From: a virus
Taxonomy: Duplodnaviria > Caudoviricetes
DNA length: 64,000 nucleotides
Strand: one strand, 5' to 3'
IMG/VR virus record: IMGVR_UViG_3300037067_004891
Span: 128,001-192,000 of that record
The notes below the pieces were generated by a model. It worked only from the letters and a program-made list of their open reading frames with translations. It did no database searches and was not told the origin of the DNA. Numbering within the stretch: position 1 is the stretch's first letter; every line of letters begins with the position of its first letter. Below are positions 42,313-52,984 of this stretch, one piece after another. A program made the position numbers and the translations under genes.

Positions 42313-43821
42313 ATGAGAAACTATAAATCATTCATCGCAGAAAACTTAGAATCAGAAGATAATAAGAAAGACGTTAAACTTTCATATGAAATAAATACAT
42401 TCACTATTGAGTTGTCTCAAAATAAGCTTTCTACGTTTGATAAGTTAATGAAAAATATTAAACGTTATTCAAAACAGATTGGTCTGCCTATGCCAGTCAT
42501 AAAAGATTTACCACCAAAAAAATATTATATTTTATCTAAGATTTATTTAGATAACAATTTAGATAACAAAACACATTTTTATAAAGAAACAATAACTGAT
42601 GATGATAAAAAAGCATCAAATTTTAAAACCGAATACATAAAGAAATCACCTAAAACAAATTTTCAAATATTTTCAACTGAGGTATATTCAAAAACAATTG
42701 AATTAGTTGCCGAAATAAAACCACAAGATGAATGGGTTATTTTAGGTGTTATTAACCACATTGATGGTATTATAAAAGCTGCACCTAATCAACAAATACC
42801 TTTTGATTTAATACCTTCTGATTTACACAATTCTTGTACTTGTGACCATTGTAATACAGAAAGAACCCGCAACAAGACCGTCTATATTAAAAATTTAAAA
42901 GATGGTAAAACCATTAGAGTTGGTGGTTCATGTATCAAATACTATCTTGGTTATAAATATGAACACATTTTGGATTATTTATCGGATTTACAGTTGTTTG
43001 TAACCAGCTTCAATAATATGTCAAATGATGTGTATGATGAATTTGACGGTTATAATGGTGATAGATATATTCAAACGCAAGTAGATATCAAAGATTGTGT
43101 TAGATATTTCTCTTGGTATATTAAAAAACACGGTTATATATCTAAAAGCGGTGCTGAGAAAATAAATAGCAAAAAAATAGAAAAAGCTACTGGTGATATA
43201 GAACCTAAATTAGTATCATCAACTGGTGGTGTTGTATCAAATACATTATCATTTGTGAACTCTCCCCCACCTGAAAATGATTATGTATTATGGGCAGAAG
43301 AAGTTGCTATGGTAAATGATGTTATATCAAAAGAAAATGATGATTTTTATAATAAATTAGTTCCTTTTGTTGAAGCTGAATATAAAACCAATAATTTTCT
43401 TTTCAATATACATAACTTTATAAACAAGGGTGTTGTTGATTTAAAATGTATTAGTTACATCATTGGAGCTTGCTCAATGCTCCAAGGTAAAATATCTTAT
43501 GAAGAATTTAAAAATAAATCAAAAGAAGAACAGAAAGAATCGAATTGGGTTGGTAATGTTGGTGAAAAAGTTAAATTAGAAAACTTAACCATTAAACATT
43601 TTTCTGGTTTCGAGGGTCAGTGGGGTTGGACTTCCATTTTCAAGTTAGAAGATGAAAATGGAAATCAATACACCAGATTCGGTGATATTCCTAAGAAATT
43701 CTTAGTGTCTGGCGAAGAAGTCATCGTTGGAAGTGTTGTTAGTTTTACGGCTGAAATTAAGAAACACGATACTTATAATAACAATAAGCAAACAGTCTTA
43801 GGTAGATTGTTCAAAGTATAA
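42313..43821 (+). CDS. Hypothetical protein with Zn-binding motif and C-terminal OB-fold-like region
   Basis: CDHC..R.R...VGGSC; WVGNVGEK...KHDTYNNNKQTVLGR. Confidence 0.55.
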   Translation: MRNYKSFIAENLESEDNKKDVKLSYEINTFTIELSQNKLSTFDKLMKNIKRYSKQIGLPMPVIKDLPPKKYYILSKIYLDNNLDNKTHFYKETITDDDKKASNFKTEYIKKSPKTNFQIFSTEVYSKTIELVAEIKPQDEWVILGVINHIDGIIKAAPNQQIPFDLIPSDLHNSCTCDHCNTERTRNKTVYIKNLKDGKTIRVGGSCIKYYLGYKYEHILDYLSDLQLFVTSFNNMSNDVYDEFDGYNGDRYIQTQVDIKDCVRYFSWYIKKHGYISKSGAEKINSKKIEKATGDIEPKLVSSTGGVVSNTLSFVNSPPPENDYVLWAEEVAMVNDVISKENDDFYNKLVPFVEAEYKTNNFLFNIHNFINKGVVDLKCISYIIGACSMLQGKISYEEFKNKSKEEQKESNWVGNVGEKVKLENLTIKHFSGFEGQWGWTSIFKLEDENGNQYTRFGDIPKKFLVSGEEVIVGSVVSFTAEIKKHDTYNNNKQTVLGRLFKV

Positions 43822-44189
43822 AAAATTTTATTCTTCAAAAATTTCTTTTATTTTATATTTTCGCAAATCAGCATTAGTGATATTATATTCCACCTGAAGT
43901 TTTTTTGTGTCGTGTTCCTTGAAATAAATACTAATATTAAATAATGTTACTTCATCTTTAAAATAATGAATATCCTCATAGGTTTTTCCTTTCATTATAA
44001 CAGTGTTTGAGTGTAAAATTATCTCATTGTAATCCCTGAGAGTGTTTTCAATCTTTTTTATTTTTCGTATCTCATGAGTTCATATTTCTTCGAATATTGG
44101 TTTTTCATACACAAATATAATATTTTATTTTTAGATGTATATTTTTTAATATATAATATAATTCTAAAAAAATAATATTTTCAAGCTTA

Positions 44190-47100
44190 GTGAAGAATCT
44201 CAGATTTTACAATAAAGAGGGTTATCCTTACAACTTCCAATATAATGACGATACTGAAAAATGGGAAGGTAAAATGTTATTCGACCCAAATAGTAGCGAT
44301 TTATATAAAACAATAGGTATCTATTTATTTGAACATGTAGAACCGATCTCGTTTGCTGATTATTTCAATTTCAACAAATTTGAAATTTACAATGATAGTG
44401 GAATAATATTCAAGGGATCGACAAAACAAGGTTTAAATATCGAAAATATTCAAAAAACTAATAATTCATCAGCATTTAAAACAAAATGGATAAAGGGTAA
44501 AGGATTTCATCAGATATTTCCTGAAGGAACGGTTGTTAGATTCGTGTTAAGTGGCGCAAATTATACAGATTTCGCAGATGACTTATATTTTAATGTATTG
44601 GAAACCCGAAAAAATGAAATATTAGTTCAAACACAAACCACGAATGATATATTTGCAGCATTCACATACACATCTGGAAAAATATACAGTTGCGATGTTA
44701 TAAAATACCCAGATTATAATCAAGGATATGGTGCAATGTTTAGTTCAAAAATATATGTAGGTAAACAACTATCCGTAGTAAATTCAGATAAAAATTCAGG
44801 TGTAGTTGAAGTTAAAGATTATGAGGTCTTAAAAAGAAATATATATGATTTCGAATTATCAGGAACTACTAATGATAAATTAAATCTTGAAATTACATTA
44901 TTAACAGATAGAATTTTATTACACAATGGTGTTGTGAATATTATTGGAAACAAATTCATATTTAGTCAACCATTTGGTGATACTTTTAATATTGGACAAA
45001 ATATAATATTTGAAGATTATAATGGAAACCAATTATTAAACGGATATCAATATACAATCACATCAATATCGGATAACATCTCGGTCAAAACTGGAGTAAA
45101 TTTAGAATTCTTTGAATATTATGATGAAAACACAACGGACGAAACTGAATATTATATTAGAACAACATCAACACTCAATGTTCAGTTAGTAGCAAATGAT
45201 ATAATATACTTCACTGGTGCATCTTTAAATATCCAAAAGGATTTCAAAGTTTTATACACTTATCAAGAAGATGGTTATACATATATTCAACTCGAACAAC
45301 ATGTTCATGAAGAAAATGTGACAAACATGTCAATTGTAAAACGATTAAGATTTTATGAATATTTTACTTTAGATGCTTCTGGAATACCACTCACTCAAAC
45401 AATTGATGGCAATTGTTTTTTAACAACAAATATTTTAAACTATAAACAAGACATTATACCCGCAGCATCAGGTTATACTACTTATCATGAAACAATAAAT
45501 GCTTTTGTAAAAAATTTTAATAACGATTTAAATAAACTTGGTATCAATTCATATCTGTTAAATGATAAACTAATAATTGAAGGATTGTATGATTATACAT
45601 ATGCGCCATATTTCACAGTTACTCTGTATTTAGAAAATGATGGAGTAAATGTTGGAACAATTCCAAATCAAAATACATATTCATCTGCATCTGTTTCAGA
45701 TATACATTATATATTCACCGAAGAAAAAATATACAATGAAAAAATTTATTTATATGAAACAAATAAATTATCAAGTAATTATAACGAAGAAATAATATTT
45801 GATTTATATAATGATGTTTTAGATTACGGTTTTAATTTAACTTTAAACGATGTAGAATATTTCATTAATTACCAAGATAGTACTGGAACAACAAACAACA
45901 CACAAGAAACCATTAAAGACTTTGTTGAAAAATACTACACAGCATTGTATAACAAAGGAATAGAAATTTTTACTGGTACGACAGTGGATAACAAATTATA
46001 TATTCAAACATTATATCCAGATATTCAAATATTGAGTTTAAAAATTAAAGTAAACACATATTCTTCTTACAATATATTATATCAATCAGAAAACGAATTC
46101 AAAACAAATGGCATTATCATATCTGGTAATCAACTGGATATATCTATGATGGGTTCAACGAATTTATTTGATATTGGATTGTCAACTGGTATGATATTTT
46201 CAGTATCGGGTAGTTCATATAATGAAAACGAAAAAGAATATAACATATTAGGTTTAACTACTAATACAATACAATTGTCATATCAGGGTGCATTTTTTGA
46301 AGAAAATAATATTCTTTTAGATATTGATTCAAGAGAATATATTCGTAAGCCAAGACTATCATACAATAAAGATATTTATTATAGATTTTCGTGGATAACA
46401 AGCGATGAACATCTTATTGATGAATCTATATTTTTCTATGATATCTCTGGTGAACAACTTCAACCACCAAAAGATAATTCTGGAAACTATATTGAAAAAT
46501 TAAGATATATAGGACAAAAACCAATATGGGATTCAAAACAACAAAATATCATTAGATTAAATAAAGAACCAAATAATAAATTGGAATATATTTCAAACCC
46601 GAAATATCAACAAACAATATTTTCAGAATTAAACTTTTTATTACCTCAACTGGATTCTGATGATGATTTCAACTATCTACCAAAACCATTTGAAATTTTT
46701 ATTGGTTATAATACGTTAAACGAAGGTGTTAATTATAACATGATGAAAATAGAAAAGGTTGAAAGTGTTGTTTTTAGTGGCATAACGGGTGTTTCAGATA
46801 ATTTTTTTATTTTTAATACAGATGGAATAATTGAATTTAAATCAAACACTTTTGATAATTTTATAAATTTGGGATTTGAAATTGGACAACCAATACAAAT
46901 TAAAATGACCGATACTAACCCATATGATCAGTCATTATTCAAAAATTATGAAACATATACTATTATAGATATTTTAAAAAATAAAATAGTAGTTGATATT
47001 TCTAATATTAATGATTTCGTATATTTCAATTCGTCTGGTAAAACATTCAATTACTCAATTAATGTTCAACCAAAAGAAATTGGTCGTTTTTCTATTTATG

Positions 47101-48179
47101 GTGAAACTGAAATCGAAGATGAACGCTTTGATATAAATTTAAAAAACTTAGGTATCCGAATACACAAAGAAGAAGAAATGATTTTCAAAGATTCCGACTT
47201 AGAAGAAAATGGTATAGATTATTCTTTGTTAAATAGAAAACGAAAAGAAATGTTAATAATGTATCCACATATTTATAATTATATTGGTGCATATAAATCT
47301 CTTATGGGAGCTATTAATTTCTTTGGGTATAATGATTTGGAACTGTATGAATATTATAAAAATGTCAACTCCAGTTCTCCTTTTTATAAAAAATATATGA
47401 GAATATACATTCCTGATATATTTGATACCACAGTAGATGGATGGAATGAAGTCGATTTTATTAAAAATAAAGGAAATAGAAATAATTATGTCAAAAGTAA
47501 TTTATTCAATTTGACTTACAAAATAACTGATGAAGATGGTTACAATTTGAATTTATATTCATTAAAAGAAGTTCAAATAAAACTTCAAAAATTGAAATTA
47601 TGGTTAAGAGAAAACGTCATTCCACTTTCAACAAACATTATTGATATAACAGGCTCGGCTAAAATACCAAATACTAATTATTTAGTGCATGATACATCAA
47701 ACCAGATAAAAAAATTAAAAACTGAAAAAACAGGAATTGTTATAAATTTTAATCATATTACTACACTTAATTTCAGTACAAATTATTTATTTTCAATTTT
47801 TTTCTATACAGTTAGTGGGTTTATTCCAGATCATTTTGAATTGATAATAAAAACTTTCACCAAAAATGCAGAAGGAAAATTAATACCCGTTCAATATTTT
47901 AAAGTATTTAAAACAGACCTCGAACCATTTAATTTTAATATAGATAAAGATGTAGACCCATATATTTACATCGAAACATCATATTATGGTGATTATGGTG
48001 TTGGTTATCGTAATACTGAATTGTTTAATTTTGATGAACCAAAAAACTATTATTTAATCAATAATAATTTTAGATATAAATATTATCCAAGAATAAGTAC
48101 CAATGAAGGATACTATATTATAGATGATGATGGCAGTCTTTGGATTGTAGAAGAATATAGCAATGTTATAAATAGTTAA
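44190..48179 (+). CDS. Very large putative structural (tail/baseplate) protein
   Basis: 1329 aa, beta-rich, YIGAYKSLMGAINFFGY segment, TAATATATA upstream. Confidence 0.55.
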   Translation: MKNLRFYNKEGYPYNFQYNDDTEKWEGKMLFDPNSSDLYKTIGIYLFEHVEPISFADYFNFNKFEIYNDSGIIFKGSTKQGLNIENIQKTNNSSAFKTKWIKGKGFHQIFPEGTVVRFVLSGANYTDFADDLYFNVLETRKNEILVQTQTTNDIFAAFTYTSGKIYSCDVIKYPDYNQGYGAMFSSKIYVGKQLSVVNSDKNSGVVEVKDYEVLKRNIYDFELSGTTNDKLNLEITLLTDRILLHNGVVNIIGNKFIFSQPFGDTFNIGQNIIFEDYNGNQLLNGYQYTITSISDNISVKTGVNLEFFEYYDENTTDETEYYIRTTSTLNVQLVANDIIYFTGASLNIQKDFKVLYTYQEDGYTYIQLEQHVHEENVTNMSIVKRLRFYEYFTLDASGIPLTQTIDGNCFLTTNILNYKQDIIPAASGYTTYHETINAFVKNFNNDLNKLGINSYLLNDKLIIEGLYDYTYAPYFTVTLYLENDGVNVGTIPNQNTYSSASVSDIHYIFTEEKIYNEKIYLYETNKLSSNYNEEIIFDLYNDVLDYGFNLTLNDVEYFINYQDSTGTTNNTQETIKDFVEKYYTALYNKGIEIFTGTTVDNKLYIQTLYPDIQILSLKIKVNTYSSYNILYQSENEFKTNGIIISGNQLDISMMGSTNLFDIGLSTGMIFSVSGSSYNENEKEYNILGLTTNTIQLSYQGAFFEENNILLDIDSREYIRKPRLSYNKDIYYRFSWITSDEHLIDESIFFYDISGEQLQPPKDNSGNYIEKLRYIGQKPIWDSKQQNIIRLNKEPNNKLEYISNPKYQQTIFSELNFLLPQLDSDDDFNYLPKPFEIFIGYNTLNEGVNYNMMKIEKVESVVFSGITGVSDNFFIFNTDGIIEFKSNTFDNFINLGFEIGQPIQIKMTDTNPYDQSLFKNYETYTIIDILKNKIVVDISNINDFVYFNSSGKTFNYSINVQPKEIGRFSIYGETEIEDERFDINLKNLGIRIHKEEEMIFKDSDLEENGIDYSLLNRKRKEMLIMYPHIYNYIGAYKSLMGAINFFGYNDLELYEYYKNVNSSSPFYKKYMRIYIPDIFDTTVDGWNEVDFIKNKGNRNNYVKSNLFNLTYKITDEDGYNLNLYSLKEVQIKLQKLKLWLRENVIPLSTNIIDITGSAKIPNTNYLVHDTSNQIKKLKTEKTGIVINFNHITTLNFSTNYLFSIFFYTVSGFIPDHFELIIKTFTKNAEGKLIPVQYFKVFKTDLEPFNFNIDKDVDPYIYIETSYYGDYGVGYRNTELFNFDEPKNYYLINNNFRYKYYPRISTNEGYYIIDDDGSLWIVEEYSNVINS

Positions 48180-48449
48180 ATTATTTGAAGAATAATTAAT
48201 TCAAATGTAATATTTCTTCTCTTATGTGTTTAATATGTTTATACTTAAAATATCTGATAGCATCTAACACCATCGCATAGGGTAAACATCCACCTATTAT
48301 AAAAAAAATAGTCACAACGACAGGTATACATATCATAATAGAAGCTTGTTGCAGAATAGGTTTATTAATTATAATATTTTCAAATTTTATATAATTTCCA
48401 TTAATTAAATAATTAGTGTTTTTCATAATTTAAAATATTCTAAAAAAAA

Positions 48450-48938
48450 TTATTTGAAATTTTTGTTTTTTAATTCTGAGCGAACATTCATAAGAACTTT
48501 TCCAAGTAAGTTTTGTCCTTTCCATTTTGTTTCATCAAGAATATCAGGGTTATTTTCATCCATAGCAATACCCCAAATAGAATCTCTTGGGTTAACTTCA
48601 ACAAGTATTTTATCACCAGTTGCTAATAACTTGTTTTTCAAGTCCTCATTTTGGTTATATTTAAGAAAATTAACTTCATACATTACATCAAACCTAACTT
48701 TAGACCAATAATCATCGTTATAATCTTTGACTTTTCTACCCAATGCTTTAGCTTCATATGGTACTGGAGTTCTGAGTATTTCTTCGGCTGTTTCAAAATC
48801 TTCAAAAAACATTGCCTTATGATACATAAACATTTGCTCAGTATTATTGAATGTTTTATCACCATCTTTGATAATACAAGCTTTGAAATTACTTAGCCAT
48901 TCTTTCAAAAAGAATATGTGGGTATCCGTTGTTTTCAT
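48450..48938 (-). CDS. NADAR (YbiA-like) family protein
   Basis: LSNF, EQMFMYHKA..F.D, AKALGRKV, LLATG..LVE..P.D.IWGI, GQNLLGKVLM.VR. Confidence 0.93.
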   Translation of the reverse strand: MKTTDTHIFFLKEWLSNFKACIIKDGDKTFNNTEQMFMYHKAMFFEDFETAEEILRTPVPYEAKALGRKVKDYNDDYWSKVRFDVMYEVNFLKYNQNEDLKNKLLATGDKILVEVNPRDSIWGIAMDENNPDILDETKWKGQNLLGKVLMNVRSELKNKNFK

Positions 48939-48947
48939 AAGTTATTT

Positions 48948-49748
48948 TTATTTTTCTATAATAAAATTTAATGGTGCAATATTATTATTTTTAAATGAAT
49001 CTACTATTCTTTTTTCAATTATTATAAAATCATCTGAATTTTTTTCAATTAATATAAAATCTCTATTCAAATTTATACAAGCCTCACCAAGTGTTCCGCT
49101 ACCAGCAGTATTATCTAAAACTAAAGCACCTTCATCTGTATATGTTTTGACAATCCATTCTATTAATTTAACAGGTTTTTGTGTTCTATGAATAGCTACA
49201 CTTGGATGAGGTTTTTGAAATTTTAATATACTCGTTGGGTGCTTCATATCTCCAAGAATTTCAGCGTTATCAACAAACTCGGCATGACCATAATTATTAT
49301 TGGCGACTTTTTTTTCCTTACCCCTTGAATGTGAAACTGCACCTTTTACTTTTTGTGGGTTATAAATGGGTTGTTTTCTATAAAACACCATAATATCTTC
49401 ATGACATCTTAAAGGCATTCGGTTTGCATTCAACACACCCGTAACCAATTCTTTATCCCATATAAGATTATACTTGTGATTTTTATCACTCAACATCATT
49501 TTAGCCGTGAATTTATCCTGACCAAATAAGACAACTGGAGCATTTAGTTTTGCAATACGCCAGTATTGTTCCCATAATTTTGATGGGTCAATCATAATAT
49601 CTAACTTATTAGCAGTGACACCAAATGGTAAATCAGCACATATTAAATCAATACTATTATCTGGAATATGAGCCATCTTTTCCAAACAATCACCCCATAT
49701 TATTTTACTTTTATTAAAAAGATACCCACTCATAAAACCAAATCCCAA
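48948..49748 (-). CDS. DNA methyltransferase (N4/N6 beta class)
   Basis: GDCLE, DLPFG, HRTQKPV, VLDNTAGSGT. Confidence 0.92.
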   Translation of the reverse strand: MGFGFMSGYLFNKSKIIWGDCLEKMAHIPDNSIDLICADLPFGVTANKLDIMIDPSKLWEQYWRIAKLNAPVVLFGQDKFTAKMMLSDKNHKYNLIWDKELVTGVLNANRMPLRCHEDIMVFYRKQPIYNPQKVKGAVSHSRGKEKKVANNNYGHAEFVDNAEILGDMKHPTSILKFQKPHPSVAIHRTQKPVKLIEWIVKTYTDEGALVLDNTAGSGTLGEACINLNRDFILIEKNSDDFIIIEKRIVDSFKNNNIAPLNFIIEK

Positions 49749-50030
49749 AAATGTTTTTTAACAAAATTCTTTTTATTATTAGATGAATCAAAATGTTTCT
49801 CCATTAAAGCTTCCATAGCTTTAGCACCAGCTACAAATGCTTCATATGCAACAGCCTCTACATCACCATGTGACTGATGAATTCTGTTTTCATTTTCTTC
49901 ATACCACTTTTTGTAAATATTTTTATTGTCCGTCATCTTCTAATTGTTAACATTTAAACTTGAAAACGAATCAAATTCGGCTTCCTCAATTTTATAAATA
50001 GCGTATTTTTTAACGAGCATATTCAATTAA

Positions 50031-50579
50031 TTAAAATATTAAATAATCGGTTTTTATATTTTTATTCTCAATGTTTGTTAAAGTTTTATTTATTTTCTTC
50101 ATAACTTGTGAATCAAATCTTTTTATAAATAATGTTCCGAATATGTGATCGTATTCGTGTTGTATAATTCTTGCTATAACACCTTCATATTCAACACATT
50201 TACTTTCAAATTTGTCATTTAGATATTCTATTTTTATCTTATCAGATCGAGAAACATTCTCTAATAAAGATGGAAAACTTAAACAACTTTCAATAGCGAT
50301 GTTTTTAGTATCACTTCTTTCTGTTATAACTGGATTTATAAAAACTTCTTTAAACCCAAAAAACGAATTTTCTTCTAATCCTTCTGTTGTATCAACAATA
50401 AATAATTTTATTGGGAATCCAACTTGGTGTGCAGCAAGTCCTACACCTTTTGATGCATGTAGAGTTTCAAACATATTTTGGATTAAATCTTGTATTTCAT
50501 TTTTTTCTTGTTCTAAATTTATAAGTCTTGGTTGCTGAATTAAAACATTTTCACCATAGGTGTATATTGGTAATATCAT
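50031..50579 (-). CDS. def: Peptide deformylase
   Basis: GVGLAAHQ, ESCLS, QHEYDH. Confidence 0.95.
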   Translation of the reverse strand: MILPIYTYGENVLIQQPRLINLEQEKNEIQDLIQNMFETLHASKGVGLAAHQVGFPIKLFIVDTTEGLEENSFFGFKEVFINPVITERSDTKNIAIESCLSFPSLLENVSRSDKIKIEYLNDKFESKCVEYEGVIARIIQHEYDHIFGTLFIKRFDSQVMKKINKTLTNIENKNIKTDYLIF

Positions 50580-51059
50580 TAAATAATATTATTTTTAATT
50601 ACTATTATCGTAATTTGACTTTTATATAATCAATTACGTAATGTTTTAATCTTCATTTGATTTCGTTTCAGATTGAATTATTTCTAAATATTTTGTATTT
50701 AATAAATGTTCCAATTGTCCACAAATAGGAAGTTTTCCAATTCTGGAATCATTCAGATTAGTACATCTGAACCCGACATTAGGTATAAAATTTAACATGA
50801 TAGAAGAATTTTGATCTATTATTGCACCTCTTTGTAACATATAAGCAAGTTGTTCATCACCAAATTGGTTTATCAATGTATGAACTTTGGAATGATATTC
50901 AGTTAGTTTGTTGTGTTCTAATATTAGATTTAAACATGTTTTTAGCATATTTCAATGATTATTTTTTGTTATATATTATATAATTAGTGTTTTGTTTGTA
51001 GTTTATAATTTTTTTATAATAAATATTATGCATATTTTTGTTGAATTAAAATAATTATT

Positions 51060-52008
51060 ATGAAGGAAAAAATGTTTTATAATGACATTTTTCAAATTGA
51101 AAGTTCTTGCGAAAAATGTAAAGAAGAAATTCACGAAACATTATTTGGTATTGATACCAGTGGGATATTTGATTTTAATCAAGAACAATCTCACAAATCA
51201 AATGAAGAACTTAAACGTGAAGAACGTAAAGCAAAAATTGAAGAAATATTTAATGATGAATTATGATAACAATAAATGACATACAGGAATTATATGATTA
51301 CAGAAATTCTAAACCTCAGAATTTTTCATTCAATTTCAGAGTAGTCGATAGCAAAAATAATCTGGATAGAACAGTAGAAGTCTATGCGACCAGTTTATTA
51401 GTTGCCAAAGAAAATCTTCAGAATGAAATCGGTCATAATTTTAATATAATAGAACTATGATAGTAGGTCAAATTTATACTTTTAAAAGTTTTTCCTTCCT
51501 GAATAAATTAGGTGGAACTGGTATGAGTAACTGGGAGCATGATGAAAAATTCGAAAAACCAGCAGCAGAATTCCAAATCATAAAAGTTTGGGAAGATTAT
51601 GAAATAGGTGAACGTGCGTGGGGTATTCCAATTGATGACGAAGTAAAAGAATATCTCAGTAGAGTATCCAATAAAGGTATTGATGTTTCTATGGGAGAAG
51701 GTGAACCTGAAATATTATTTCAGAATACATATGTTGTTTTTGTTGGATGTTCTGATTTTTTATTAGTTGAATATTAATAACCCATCGATAAAATGAACAC
51801 AATAGACACAAATTTAAGTAGATTAAACATCAGAAGTTTGGTAAGATGTATTTATGAAAAACAAAAACACATTTCAATTCTCAAACAATTAATTCCACAT
51901 CATAATAATGATTTGGAAACATCAACAAAAAAGAATGAAATAAAAGAATTGGAAAAACAAATCACTACCTATCAGGCAGAAATAAAAAGAAGATATAATA
52001 AAATTTAA
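51060..52008 (+). other. Run of four small hypothetical ORFs (51060-51266, 51263-51460, 51457-51777, 51793-52008)
   Basis: ATGA stop/start overlaps among the first three; co-oriented. Confidence 0.55.
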
Positions 52009-52020
52009 TATTTTTATTTT

Positions 52021-52596
52021 ATGAAACCACTCGATTACATTAAAAAATATAACCTTGATAAAGGTGTAAACTTCAGTCATAATGAATTCATTTCAGACTT
52101 GACAATGGATTTTATTACACTTTTAGAAGTGGGTAATGCACGAGGTAATATTAAAGGTTATAATAACGCTGTCAATGCTATTCGAATGAAATGGGATGGC
52201 ATAGATAAAAAAACGGCTGGTCAATTACCTGAAAAACTCTGGAAATATTTTTTCGCTTCTGTGATAGCTAAATTGCGTGAAGAATTATTTCCAGAAGAAA
52301 TGAAAAGGCAACGACAAGAAAAAGAGGATTGGAAAAGAAGAAAAGAAGAATGGGAGCGCATGGAAAGAGAACACGATTCTTGGATATTTGGTTTCTTTTT
52401 ACATTCTTTATTTTCTAAACAAAAACCAGTTTCCAGTTTCCAAGTCCTCGGACTAACATCTGACGCAACGCTGGAAGACGTGAAAACAGAATATCGTAAA
52501 TTATCAATGATTCACCATCCTGACAAAGGTGGTAACAGAGATAAATTCATTGAGCTAACTGAGGCTAAAAACAAATGTTTGGCATTTTTATCATAA
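52021..52596 (+). CDS. C-terminal J-domain protein
   Basis: FQVLGL...VKTEYRKLSMIHHPDKGG...F.EL.EA. Confidence 0.88.
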   Translation: MKPLDYIKKYNLDKGVNFSHNEFISDLTMDFITLLEVGNARGNIKGYNNAVNAIRMKWDGIDKKTAGQLPEKLWKYFFASVIAKLREELFPEEMKRQRQEKEDWKRRKEEWERMEREHDSWIFGFFLHSLFSKQKPVSSFQVLGLTSDATLEDVKTEYRKLSMIHHPDKGGNRDKFIELTEAKNKCLAFLS

Positions 52597-52597
52597 A

Positions 52598-52984
52598 ATG
52601 GAAGAAGACATATTAGATATAATAAAAAAGATACAAGAAGCTCGTAATCCCAAATATTTTTTATGGCAAATAATTAAAGATACTGAGTGGTTTACTGCTA
52701 AGTATAATTCTAATATTTTAGTTGGAAAGAAAAATGATGTTGTTTATTTTAATTACGATAAGAAAAATCACACTTTATATTATGATTACAACAAAATATA
52801 CACAGTTTTAGAAACGAAATATCATCTTAACAGATTGAATGCTAATGAAATAATTGGTGGTATGGTGAGTGAACACACAAAAATGAGGGTTGACACAACC
52901 AAGGTGCAGGAGTACAGATATATAAGAATGGTGAGTGAACACACAAAAATGAGGGTTGACACAACTCATTTATATCAATTTTAA
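52598..52984 (+). CDS. Array-fused small protein, copy A
   Basis: 88 codons precede repeat 1; reads through repeat 1, spacer 1 and repeat 2 and stops in spacer 2. Confidence 0.75.
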   Translation: MEEDILDIIKKIQEARNPKYFLWQIIKDTEWFTAKYNSNILVGKKNDVVYFNYDKKNHTLYYDYNKIYTVLETKYHLNRLNANEIIGGMVSEHTKMRVDTTKVQEYRYIRMVSEHTKMRVDTTHLYQF

